A stretch of 57,757 nucleotides of DNA, from contig NW_021833597.1 of the NCBI RefSeq assembly GCF_006345805.1, positions 1 through 57,757 of the forward strand, in the 5' to 3' direction. How positions within the stretch are numbered: position 1 is the stretch's first letter; the number at the start of each line of letters is the position of its first letter. A program made the position numbers and the translations under genes. Under the pieces are notes generated by a model, which saw nothing but the letters and a program-made list of their open reading frames with translations, did no database searches and was not told the origin of the DNA. The stretch comes from Octopus sinensis (taxonomy: Eukaryota). Shown piece by piece: positions 13,400 through 25,235 of the stretch.

Positions 13400-13460
13400 G
13401 TCTATGTATATATGCATGTATGTATGTATATATATATAGGTATATATGCGTTACGTACGC
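12370..13460. repeat. Compound (TA)/(CATA)/(TAGG)/(GT) microsatellite field; similar fields at 3.4-3.6, 9.5-9.8, 15.0-16.1, 33.0-33.2, 39.6-40.0, 41.2-41.8 and 44.9-47.2 kb
   Basis: Directly visible; these explain the YI, HT and VC-repeat ORFs in the track. Confidence 0.95.
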
Positions 13461-14298
13461 ATGAAGTCACTTTGTGAAGTGTAATCATCTCCAAAGATAT
13501 GTCTGTGAATATAAATGGAATCATTGCAATTACATAAACGTTCATCCGGCATGGAGGTGTGTGGTGGCGGGTTTAATATCTGCAAAACCATATTTAACGT
13601 AACGGGAAATGAATTATATGAATATCGCGAAAAGACAGATAGTTTTAACCGTTCATCTGTGGATAGGTGAGGTTATCTCACATTATCTGTCAGTCTGTAC
13701 ATAGTAAACAGCGGTTGTCCTCTCTCTCTCTCTCTCCCCCTCTCTCTCTCTCTCCCCCTCTCTCTCTCTCTCTCTTGCTATCTTTCTCTCTCTCTCTTTC
13801 TTTCACTTTCTCTTTCTCGTTCGCTCTCTCTTTCTCTTTATCCACCTATCTACCTATCTACCTATATGTCTGTCTGTCACACAATCCTTCTATTTGTATT
13901 TTTGTATGTATTTGTGTGTGTGTATATGAGTGTGTTTTTGTGTGTGTGTGTGTGCGCGCGTGTGTGTGAGTGTGTGTAGTTAAATGGAGAGATAGTGTTT
14001 GTAATTAACATACTGGTAGATCTATCCCTCTTGCCAACATCTTGTATAACACTGTTTTAATTCTATTCTTCTTGTAATGCATTTTCTGAACAGTAGTCAT
14101 TAGTTCACACACACACACACACACACAGACACACACACAATCATACACTTAAATACGCACGCGTATATGTGTGTGTGTATGTGTGCATGTTTGTGTAACG
14201 TAATGTTACTGGTATAAAACGGATGGATGGTCGTTCAAATGAACAAGAGATAGACGAGTCGGCGACAATAAAATGTATTTATTAGTATCAGTCACACG

Positions 14299-14521
14299 AA
14301 GGCGGCGAGCTGGCAGAAGCGTTAGCACGCCGGGCGAAATGCGTAGCCGTATTTCGTCTGCCGCTACGTTCTGAGTTCAAATTCCGCCGAGGTCGACTTT
14401 GCCTTTAATTCTTTTGGGGTCGATAAATTAAGTACCAGTTACGAACTGAGGTCGATGTAATCGACTTAATCCGTTTGTCTGTCCTTGTTTGTCCTCTCTG
14501 TGGGTAGTAAAAAAATAGATA
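14299..14521 (+). mobile_element. Family B SINE monomer
   Basis: Head and core match 5757. Confidence 0.88.
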
Positions 14522-14644
14522 TTTCCTCTTGGATCTAAGTTAGAAACCAGTTCTTTCTCTATCTGCAAGAAATCTGGAAATAAAGTGAATAAGGAGATAA
14601 ATACATAATACACATATATACATACATACATACATACATACGTA

Positions 14645-14945
14645 CAGTTGTGGAAATCAGCTACCTACTCAGCGGATGTTAACGTAAAGCTGAAGATCAG
14701 TGAAAAAGTGAAAACCGACGCAGAACTATTGAGAGATCTGCAGTTACCCTATCCAGATTAGAATTTCAGATTTATACCTGTAATTATTGGAACACTGGGA
14801 TATGTAACACACTGCCTACATACCAATCTCGAGAAATTAGGCCTCTCAAAACCCAAAACGAGAAAGGTGATTCGAAAACTACAGATCGAAACCATCACTG
14901 GAACTGAAAAAATGTGTAAAACTTTCCAGAGGTTTATCATTTAAG
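14645..14945 (+). mobile_element. RLE-type LINE 3' fragment
   Basis: VVEIS..DVNVKLKISEK..AELLRDLQ..YPD..FRFIPVIIGTLGYV..GTEKMCKTFQRFII*, with frameshifts, followed by a CATA-rich tail. Confidence 0.8.
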
Positions 14946-15200
14946 TATACATGAACATGTCTAGATATGCAAATATGTTCATGAAAAGACATACATAAAA
15001 AAAGTATACAAATCTGCACGTATGTATACATACATACATGCAATCATGCATGCATACATACATACATACATACATACATACATAACATACATACATACAT
15101 AACATACATACATACGTAACATACATACATGCAAACATGCATGCATACATACATACATACATACATACATACATTTTATTTTATTTATTTTTTTTTTTTT

Positions 15201-15590
15201 ACTTGCTTCAGTCATTTGACTGCGGCCATGCTGGAGCACCGCCTTTAGTCGAGCAAATCGACCCCGGGACTTATTCTTTGTAAGCCCAGTACTTATTTTA
15301 TCGGTCTCTTTTGCCGAACCGCTAAGTGACGGGGACGTAAACACACCAGCATCGGTTGTCAAGCAATGCTAGGGGAACAAACACAGATACACAAACATAT
15401 TCACACACACTTATATATATATATACATATATACGACAGGCTTCTTTCAGTTTCCGTCTACCAAATCCACTCACAAGGCATTGGTCGGCCCGGGGCTATA
15501 GTAGAAGACACTTGCCCAAGGTGCCACGCAGTGGGACTGAACCCGGAACCATGTGGTTGGTTAGCAAGCTACTTACCAAACAGCCACTCC
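15201..15590 (-). mobile_element. Family C SINE
   Basis: Near full-length match to 52622-53036. Confidence 0.9.
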
Positions 15591-15980
15591 TTGTTGTTGA
15601 TGTTGAAATTCCAACGAAGGAGCCATGGATCTAGGTTAGAAACCGGTTCTTTCTCTATTGGCAAGAAATCTTGAAATAAAACTGAATAATGACATGCAAG
15701 CATACAGGATACATACCAACTCGTCTGAACCAAAGTATGATGCACTTGGAATCTTGGGAAGAGAATGCATATCCTTAAATCATATGCTTGAGACGATCAC
15801 GAAATCTGGAACAATAAAAATCTGAAAGATTTAAAGGACGGTGCTTAAAAGATGATTCTTTCCTTCACAACCTTGCTCAGGTGGCCAATTAATATTTAAT
15901 CTAAACTTAAAAAGAGAAAGAGAAGAACGTACATACATATACATTCATGCATACATACCTACATACATACATACATACAT

Positions 15981-16015
<35 letters not shown>

Positions 16016-16039
16016 TACATACATACATACATACATACA

Positions 16040-16071
<32 letters not shown>

Positions 16072-17419
16072 CATACATACATACATACATACATATGAAC
16101 ATTTACTGTCTCTTTTTATCAAACTTCAGTCACAGGCATTGTTCATTTCAAGTCTCAAGTACAAGACACTTTCTTAATAAGCCATGCATTGAAATTGGAA
16201 CCAGAACCTATTGGTTGTTAATTGAATTTCTTATACACATATTTACAGTAGAACATCAGATGTTACTTTGGTCCTTGCTAAGCAGAGTAGCACTTGTGAA
16301 AAGATCATATATCCGCTGACAAACACAGCACGTATATTTTTGCTCTGCCAAGCTGAACGAGTCAAGATTAATGATATGTCTTTCCGCTGCTTTATTACAT
16401 TTTGTGTCAAAGCTATCTACTTATATTTCATCGAAATTATATACAACTTTGAACAACTTAGCGCTGACTTATAACAGAAATGTCCTTTAATAATATGTGT
16501 GTGTGTATGTGTGTGTGTGTGAGTGTGTGAAAATGCATGAACGAATAATGGAAAAAATGTTCTACATACTTCAAATACTTAACGTCAACTTTATTTTAAT
16601 TATTACTGTACACATTACTTTGGAAATTAATTCGTTATGTTTCTTTTCTGAAGACAGAAAAAATTGGAAACTATACTGCTATCAAAAGAGAAAAAAAAGA
16701 GAGAGAAATGACGGTGGGATACTATATTAACACTAGAAATCAAGTAAGCCTCGTTCTGGAACTGAAACTAAACATACAAATTCATTCGCCACCATTATTG
16801 ACTATTATCAGCATTTGAAAGCCTTTGTTTGGTGAATTAACCTGGTGACGTGAAGTGCTCATATGATCATCCAGTTATTGTATGTAGTTGTCATTTAGGG
16901 GGTTACGTTGACATAAAGGAGAAATATTGGACAGTTATTATGACATCCTATTAAGATTGCTTGTTGGTTATCTTACATTCTCGTGATAATAGGATCATAT
17001 AGTCTAGGTGAGATATAACATTGTTAGTAATGCTATATTAACATTATAGCTTCCGCATATTATCTCTCCCTTTCTTCTGCTTCACCCTTTCTTCTTCTTC
17101 TTCCCGCCTTCTTCTATACATCTCTTCTTTCTCTACCTTTCTAGCGCTCTCCCGCTGTTGCTTTGTCTCCCTCCCGCGCTTCTTTCTCTCGATCACTTCC
17201 TTGCTCTTCTTCACTCACTCTTTCATCTATTAATATTGCTTTATACTCATACCGACGCATACTGATACACTTCACATTACCTAACACTGCCCCCCACAGC
17301 CACATTCTGGTGACACACTTGTACACGCGCGCACGCACACACACACACACACATCGTTACACACTGTAACATAGAACTATACATTTACTCATTACTACTC
17401 ACTGTTTTTCTTGATTTAT

Positions 17420-17678
17420 ACAAGGTGACAGCTGCCAGGAAAGCATGAACAAGGGAACTTTTTCAGACGGCGACGATTCAGGTGAGGAAAAGACCTTACC
17501 ACACGTTTAACAAACGAAGGTACTCAAACCTGTAATGCCAAGAAGCAGTCTTCAGTTATACTATGGATACAGGCATCCAGCAACAGGACCTCCGTAATGC
17601 CATGATGGACCGTGAAGTCTGGCGTAGCATGGTAAATTCCATTGTCTCGACCACGGTCGAACAATGATGATGATGATG
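17420..17678 (+). mobile_element. RTE-like LINE 3' end with (TGA)n tail
   Basis: DTGIQQQDLRNAMMDREVWRSMVNSIVSTTVEQ* (from 17566) followed by TGA repeats. Confidence 0.8.
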
Positions 17679-18333
17679 CCTCTCATTCTACCACGATATT
17701 CTATCGAGTTGGGCAAACTCAAATATAAGAATGATAATTTGCTACAGCCTCGAAAAAGACAAATGAGGGAACTGTAAGTAGAAAGAAAGTAGCTTTTATA
17801 ATTAACTTAATTCACAATGAACTCATTGTAGCAATTCATTCTTATTTGTTACAGTTGTACGACCACACGTAGATAGGGAAATTATTTCATCATGTTCTTC
17901 CTTTCTCCATATGTAATTGTATGCATTTCACGTCACTTCCTTTCCTTTTGTAATTGAGAAAGCGAAAATTCAGACATTTGTTTTTACTCTGCTTCATTTT
18001 TATCTTGAAATATAGAATGGAGCCTATCCCCTCCCTTTAACTTCAGAAACATACAGAAAATTAAAATGGTTACTTCTCAAAGGAAATTAAAAGCGCCAGA
18101 AAATGAAGGAATAATTAACTACGTTTATTTCATTCGCTCCTATTAAATTTTTCAAAAACCAACAATATGCATTTATCAACACAATCAATAATTTTCATTT
18201 CATGCTAAATAACTTCTTTGCAATGGATGGTGGATGTGATATTTGATGTTTTATTTACGAAAATATGGATACCCATGCTTGGTGAGTATAGATGGTGTGA
18301 TGATAGGAAATCTGGATTTCCAGATTAAATACT

Positions 18334-18759
18334 GGATCTTTTCGGTTTGAACGGCAGTTTTTAACATAATTTCTAGGTAACTAAAAAAGTTTAAACTTCA
18401 TATACTGGTAAAATGTGTTTATAAAACATCTTTTTCTCTTGGCTTTATTGAGAAAATACTATAGTTTGTAAGATATTTGTTGTTTTTCTCTTCAATTTCT
18501 GCAATTTCAACCAATCAGTGGCGTCTATTGAGTTAAAAAGCATTCTGTGCCGTATGAATATGTCCCTCGTTTAAGAAACAGATTGGGTCTATTTACATTT
18601 GTGAAGAATAAAAAGATACCCCTCCCCCGCCCTAACCCTAAACCTAACCCTAACCCTAAAAGAGATTGAAATGCAATAGATCGATTCTAGGGTCATAATT
18701 ATGGGTGACAATTTCATATGACACCGCTAGAAAAACTGCCGTTCAAACCGAAAAGATCC
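18334..18759. mobile_element. MITE with 29-bp perfect TIRs, 8-bp TSD and internal telomere-type repeats
   Basis: GGATCTTTTCGGTTTGAACGGCAGTTTTT at 18334-18362 and its reverse complement at 18731-18759. Flanks are TAAATACT and TAAATATT. Five CCCTAA-type units (one is ACCTAA) lie at 18630-18659. Confidence 0.9.
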
Positions 18760-19699
18760 TAAATATTTCCCTCGTATTTAATTTTATCTCATCGGTGAAA
18801 TGCCACCAAGTGTGATAAACTAATATTTGCGATTCTGGGTTGATTCTACTTTAATTTTCTCCGAACCATAATAACAAATATCAAGATAAGCTTTATTGCA
18901 ATAAGTTAATAAACGCTGCCTCATGCAAAAAATTTCCCTGTAGATAAAATTGGACGCATTTTTTCGATTAAACCACATATTCTCGACAGATGTAACTGAC
19001 TAAACTCTATAGCGAACAGCATATAAATATATTTACATACTTACATACCAAAAGCATATATTATTTATCCTTGTGCTCCCTATGATTAAACCACAGCTAT
19101 TTCTGAAGACTGTAATGGAAAACACCTACACCAAGTTTCTCCGGACATTATGAATTCATCAGTAATATTTATTCCATGTAATCTACAGAGAGAGAACCTC
19201 TCTGACAGCTACCTAAGAAATTCGCTATGAACTTGTCACGTAAGTGAATATTACACGTACGTGTGGTGTTTTATGAATAACCTTAGCGAACACGCTGCCT
19301 TAGTAATTTAGTGAAGTATTTGCATTATATTATCTTTGATCTCTCTATCATGAGTTCAGTTCCTGTCGGTGGTAGTGGTGGTTTCATTTATTTATTTGTT
19401 AATGATTTTCGAACGTGTGACTCGTAGTAAATTTCTTAATTTTCATTAGACCAAATACCGATAAAACTGCTTCTAATACTATCGATTTTCATGGCAATCA
19501 AATTTTTGGGAATATATACTGGCGTACATTAAGCCGATGTAATTATTAGTTTTATTTGAAGAATTTTAGCTTAGAATTTTAAAGAAATAATCGTCAGATA
19601 CGAAATGTTTATAAATATTTACAGACACTAACTTATCGCATCCATTATATCTTATCTAAGAGACAGAGTCCTGCATGCGTAGCGAACTTACTACCTGCA

Positions 19700-19990
19700 G
19701 CTTACGGTAGCATGCTTGATCGTTCTGGCCGTGTCCTGGAGGCAAACCCTTTGTTACAGATCTGTGAATCACTCTATTCCGATTTCCCATATATTCCTCT
19801 TGATACCTTCTGATATTTTCCCCGAGGACACAACAATAATTTCATTATCTTCATGTTCTGCATTTTCCATAGCCGGGCTATTTCGTATTTCAGAGGTTTC
19901 TATATATCTATTTTTAAACCTTCATTCTATGTTTTCCGGCAACCACACTGTGGCTACGAGGAATTCATTGTGTAGTCACTTATTGGTTGG
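19700..19990 (-). mobile_element. Decayed RLE-type LINE 3' fragment
   Basis: LKYEIARLWKMQ and Q..CLQDTARTIK resemble the R4/Dong C-terminus. Confidence 0.55.
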
Positions 19991-19991
19991 G

Positions 19992-20054
<63 letters not shown>

Positions 20055-20071
20055 GTCATTATTATTATTAA

Positions 20072-20290
20072 AGTGGCGAGCTGGCAGAGTCGTTAGCACG
20101 CTGGACGAAATGCTTAGTGGTATTTCGTCCTTCGCTACCTTCTGAGTTCAAATTACGCCGAGGTCAGTTTTGCATTTCATCGTTTCGTGGTCGATAAATT
20201 AAGTACCAATTGCGTACTGGGATCGATCCAATGAACTGGTCCCTCCCTAATATATTTCGGGCTTTGTGACTAGAGTAGGAAAGATTATTG
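20072..20290 (+). mobile_element. Family B SINE
   Basis: Diverged head and core, adjacent to (ATC)n/(ATT)n. Confidence 0.8.
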
Positions 20291-20428
20291 TTATTATTGA
20301 TATACACTCAACAGATTAGACTGTTGGAAAAGAAAAGAATGTAGGTAGGTAGGATTAAAATTCAAGCTGTGTCCTCTTCAAGTATCTTCCTATCCTGGCA
20401 TTAAGATTCAGCATGTAGTTGTTATATT

Positions 20429-22357
20429 GGTTAATATAGGGCGTAACAAATATCAGAAAATCAAAAAAAAATGTGTGTAATAGGTGTAAAACAACTTCCT
20501 ATGAACGAATATGAAAAAGAAAATTCGCGCACGCGAAAGGGGGGGGGGGAGAGGCCTCGGAAAATTCACATCGGGAAGTTCGAAAGCGTCTGAGGGGCTG
20601 ACCCGGGCACCAAAACAAAAAAAAAATAGTGTAATATGTGTAAAACAACTTGCTCTAAACGAATATGAAAAAGAAAAATGCGCTCTCGCGAAAGAGGGGT
20701 GGGGGAGAGGCCTCGGAATATTTATATCGGGAATTTCCGAAAGCGTCTGAACCGGGCACAAAAACAAAAACAAAAACAGCGTAATAGGTGTAAAACAACT
20801 TGCTCTAAACGACTATCATGAAAAAAATGCGCGCTCACGAAAGGGGGGTGGGGGAGAGGCTTCGGAAATTTCACATCTTCAGTCCACGGCCTTTAAACTA
20901 AGAAAAAATAGTGTAATTGGTGTAAAACTACTTGTTCTAAACGAGTATCAAGAACACACACTCACACATGAATCATAAACTCCGTATTTCGCAAAAAAAA
21001 AAAATAAAGAGAAGAAATTCTGGAAAAAGTGAAGAAATGTTGGATCTCCGCCATGTGAATCAAAATACGTGTCAGAAACATCTTGAAATACTACAGAAAT
21101 TATGTTACGAAAATGATAATGTATACATACCTCTTTGAGTGGTCCATCGATAATGATGATAAAGAAATGAGTTGGATTTGAACTCAGAATATTGACTAAC
21201 ACAACTACATACTACAAGACTCAAAATATTCAGCCAAGTCACCACCCTTTAACTAGCAATAATAATAACATCAATAACATAACAGCCAAAAGATTTATTT
21301 GTTCTGAAAATAACAATCATAGTAAATAAATATGTTCTTTAATATTCACATTCATGTGCACAGTTAAACACACTTACATACAAACAGTCACGCATGCATA
21401 ATACAGAACGGAACACATAAATGAAGGATGCATTACTTAGTATATATTACATCTAGAGAATTTTGATTAATAAGTCAAATATGCAAATTATAAAGATAAT
21501 TAATTGCTTTACTAAACAGTGTTGTAAAGGTGAAAAAATAAATTTGGGAAAAAAATACACGCCAAAACTAATTAATAAAGGATAATTAGGGAAGGATTGA
21601 CACAAAATAATAATTTTTTCTGTCTCTTTTTTTCTGATAAATGCATCTTAATAAGTGAAAAGAATTGCATATATCTGAACTATTTCAAAGAAAAGCATAA
21701 ATTTAATGTTTAAAATAGCTTTAACCAAGGAATGAGATCCAACATTTCTTCACTTTTTCCAGAATTTCTCTCTTTATTTTTTTTTTTTGCGAAATACGGA
21801 GTTTATGATTCGTGTGTGAGTGTGTGTTCTTGATACTCGTTTAGAACAAGTAGTTTTACACACCAATTACACTATTTTTTCTTAGTTTAAAGGCCGTGGA
21901 CTGAAGATGTGAAATTTCCGAAGCCTCTCCCCCACCCCTCTTTCGCGAGCGCGCATCTTTTTCATGATAGTCGTTTAGAGCAAATTGTTTTACACCTATT
22001 ACGCTGTTTTTGTTTTTGTTTTTGTGCCCGGTTCAGACGCTTTCGGAAATTCCCGATATAAATATTCCGAGGCCTCTCCCCCACCCCTCTTTCGCGAGAG
22101 CGCATTTTGTTTTGTCATATTCGTTTAGAGCAAGTTGTTTTACACATATTACACTATTTTTTTTTTTGTTTTGGTGCCCGGGTCAGCTCCTCAGACGCTT
22201 TCGGAACTTCCCGATGTGAATTTTCCGAGGCCTCTCCCCCACCCCCCTTTCGCGTGCGCGAATTTTTTTTTTCATATTCGTTCATAGGAAGTTGTTTTAC
22301 ACCTATTACACACATTTTTTTTTGATTTTCTGATATTTGTTACGCCCTATATTAACC
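20429..22357. mobile_element. Non-autonomous foldback DNA transposon, ~620-bp TIRs, 8-bp TSD (Merlin-like)
   Basis: Arms 20429-21048 and 21734-22357 are near-identical inverted repeats starting GGTTAATATAGGGCG. The TSD GTTATATT sits at 20421-20428 and 22358-22365. Each arm holds ~3.5 tandem units of ~130-155 bp. The 685-bp spacer has no recognisable transposase. Confidence 0.9.
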
Positions 22358-22583
22358 GTTATATTTATATGAGATACACAATAGAGTTGAAAATTCTGGA
22401 CATATTGTTTGAAGAGTAATTACATATAAAACAGAAATTTGGAAAATGATGTTGCTACTCTTTATTCATCGTTACACAGCTTTCATTCGTTAATAGGAAC
22501 TTTAAAATTGTAAATGCTTTCCCCGACATGCAAAATAATGATAGCAGGCTCCTTAGAACGTGTTATAGTCGGACGCAAACAGG

Positions 22584-22782
22584 TGTGCCTCAAATGCTCT
22601 TTGGATACTCCCATGTTAGAAAGAGTTTTAATCAAAGAAATTTTAATAACATTTAATTAGTTTAAATGTACACAAATGCATAAAAATAATTTTTTAAATC
22701 ATTAGACATTCTAAAATACTATTAAATTTCATTCACTTTTAAAAAAGGTAAACTCGATCAGAACTTATGAGATGGCTTGATA
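22584..22782 (-). mobile_element. 5' end fragment of the same mariner family
   Basis: Homologous to 37640-37847, including a degenerate TIR plus TA. Confidence 0.8.
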
Positions 22783-23059
22783 GATGGAGAGATGTTATTC
22801 TAAGGCTTATATTTTTCGTTGGACTTATGGAACACACTGGCGTACGCACACAGACACAGACACACACACACACACACACATACAGATACGCGCGCATACC
22901 CACATAAGCATATGTAGTCGATACTAAACTTCCAGCTTGCTAATATTTAGCTAACTTCAGTCTTCCCCTTCTGCATTCGCACTAGTTGGATATTAACACT
23001 TCAACGTAGTTCAGCACAGATTTGCGACGAGGCAGATTCTATTTTGTGTGCTTGATTGT

Positions 23060-23285
23060 CACTCTGGAAATAGAAACTCCAAACGGACATTATCGACACC
23101 GCACGCTGTTAATTATTTATTTCTTTTTACTAAAATGACAAAAATAGCTGCGAAAGCCTGCAGGGAGACATGCTCCGTTTACGGAGAAGATGCGCTGTGT
23201 TCGGAAACGTGAACGGTAAGGGGTTTACAAGGTTTCGATCGGGAAACTTTTCAGTTCAAGATGCATTTTGCTCTGGCCTGACGTT
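23060..23285 (+). mobile_element. Mariner transposase N-terminal fragment
   Basis: HYRH...AAKACRETCSVYGEDALCSE..RFRSGNFSVQD matches the mariner helix-turn-helix region. Confidence 0.75.
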
Positions 23286-24028
23286 ATAAAGCGATTCTTT
23301 TTGTTATGAGAATGTTGAAAGGGGACGAATAGGGATCGTCTACAACAATGTGAACCACAAACGAGTATGTGAGGAGTCCATGGTGGTTGTGCTGGAGGAA
23401 GAGAAGGTGGAGGAAGTGGTAGTAGTAGTGGTGTAATGAAAGGGGCGTGCTGTTGTTGGTAGCAATAGTGGTGTTGGTGGTGGTAATGGTACTGTAGTGG
23501 AGGTAGTGGCAGTGGTGGTAGGGTATGTGCTGGTGAAGTTACTGATGGTGGAGGTGGTGGTCGTGGTTGTGGTGGTGCTGTTGTTGTTGTTGTTAAGCAA
23601 CAAGACAGGTAAGGGTGATTAGGTGATGGTCTAGGGCTTATGGGCGGGAGACCCGAGACCTTGAAAAAAAATTTGGTCGTTTTGTTGTAGTCGAGGGCTC
23701 TTCGTTGACGCCCGACACCACTGGGAGGTGGCCCTCGCAGTCGCTGGAAATGGAGATCTCCGGGTCCAAATTCTTGGACGGCTGCTGCTGCTGCTGCTGC
23801 TGCTGGTGATAATGGTGGTGTGATGGTAGTGGTGTTAGTTATTATGAAGCTTTTGTTAATGACTGTCAAGTAACTTGTGATATCCGTTGTGGAGATGAGA
23901 AGGAAAAGAAGGAGGAGGATGGAGGGGTGGAAGAGGTGGAGTACATTGATAATTATTGCGATGCTGGCTGTGTGGGAATATTTCTATTGTTGCTCATGGA
24001 GTTCTGATCTGTGAGTGCGTGCTCGCGT

Positions 24029-24064
<36 letters not shown>

Positions 24065-24065
24065 C

Positions 24066-24260
24066 CGAGGAGGTTCTGAAAAGTCCTTGGCTTTAAGGGT
24101 ATCACATAAAATCTGGCTGGGGCCCAACCTGCCGAGTTCTTTTACAGGGCTTACAAAAACAGAAGAATCTGAGAGGGGAATATGTTGAATAAAATCTTAA
24201 TTTACTGATCCTCCTGCATTTTCTTTTACCCAACATTCAGGACCAAAAAGCACCCTGCTG
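24066..24260 (+). mobile_element. Internally deleted mariner-type MITE, degenerate
   Basis: CGAGGAGGTTCTGAAAAGTCCTTGGCTTT start, the GEYVE* coding remnant (GGGGAATATGTTGAATAA), and homology to 25236-25452. Confidence 0.65.
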
Positions 24261-24268
24261 TAAGTGTG

Positions 24269-24302
<34 letters not shown>

Positions 24303-24347
24303 CAGACAGACAGAGAGAGCGAGAGAGAGCGAGAGAGAGAGGGGAGA

Positions 24348-24381
24348 GGTTATGAGAGATCCTGGAAACAGCTGTAAGACC
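24348..24381 (+). ncRNA. Decayed hammerhead remnant (3' half intact)
   Basis: GAAAC-AGCT-GTA-AGACC at 24365-24381. The upstream GGTTATGA looks like a deleted GGTCT-CTGATGA, and there is no proper stem II. Confidence 0.45.
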
Positions 24382-24443
24382 TTCTGTCTATAAATGTTCT
24401 AAAATCTACACAGCCTTGGATTTTTATCTCATTACGAAAAAAT

Positions 24444-24537
<94 letters not shown>

Positions 24538-24718
24538 CTTATTAATAAGTATTCATCAAAGATTTGCTTTACCACATACCGAAGTTTAGAAATAGCAGCC
24601 AAAAGATCTTAGCTATTTCTTCTACTTTAAAAAGGGACTCCTAGAGAAACCAAAATACCTGAAAATAATCCACACAGGCAGAGAGTAAAGCAACGAAAAT
24701 CAATCAATATCTGGTCAT

Positions 24719-24799
24719 CCATGGACGCGCGTTTCGGAATTAGGTTTGCATAAAGAATATAGAATTATAATTTACCAACCATTTTCCTCATCAGCATGG
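24719..24799 (-). ncRNA. Minimal type-I hammerhead ribozyme motif (GUC cleavage triplet)
   Basis: Minus strand reads CCATG-CTGATGA-GGAA-(44 nt)-TTCC-GAAA-C-GCGC-G-TC-CATGG. Stem I is CCATG/CATGG, the CUGAUGA core is complete, stem II is GGAA/UUCC, and stem III is the palindrome CGCGCG. Predicted cut between 24724 and 24723. Confidence 0.85.
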
Positions 24800-25019
24800 C
24801 ATTCCTCAATAATTCGAGGGTACTAGAATAGATGAATATATCTCTCCACCTAACGGCATCAGACAGATCATATTCGGTGTTAGTACCGCCGAATTCAAAA
24901 TATTAATGAGGTTCGCTTAGCTTCCCCCGCCCATCCGCGTGTGTCTTCAAGTAAACTACTACAGAAAAAAATCTGCAGTTTGTTCTCAGGGAGAAAATTC
25001 TATTATAATATATATATAT

Positions 25020-25055
<36 letters not shown>

Positions 25056-25151
25056 ATAAAATATTATTAGAGACAAAACCACTATTTTGCAAAACAAACA
25101 AGGAAAGACTTAATCAATACATAAAATTTTAATAAATAGTCATAAAAACCG

Positions 25152-25194
25152 CCACTACAATTGTTTCTTGTCTTGATCGACAATCTTCAGGTGG
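25152..25194 (-). ncRNA. Minimal type-I hammerhead ribozyme motif (GUA cleavage triplet)
   Basis: Minus strand reads CCAC-CTGAAGA-TTGTC-GATCAA-GACAA-GAAA-C-AATT-G-TA-GTGG. Stem I is 4 bp, the core is CUGAAGA, stem II is 5 bp (starting with an atypical U-A pair), and stem III is the palindrome CAATTG. Predicted cut between 25156 and 25155. Confidence 0.82.
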
Positions 25195-25235
25195 ACTTCC
25201 AATAAGTCAGTTTCAAATTATATATATATATATAT

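Noticed and set aside
18630-18659. (CCCTAA)5 as a chromosome end or fusion scar
   Set aside because: Only 30 bp long and internal to a TIR-bounded MITE.
19120-19170. Minus-strand CTGATGA...GAAAC
   Set aside because: Stems I and III do not pair.
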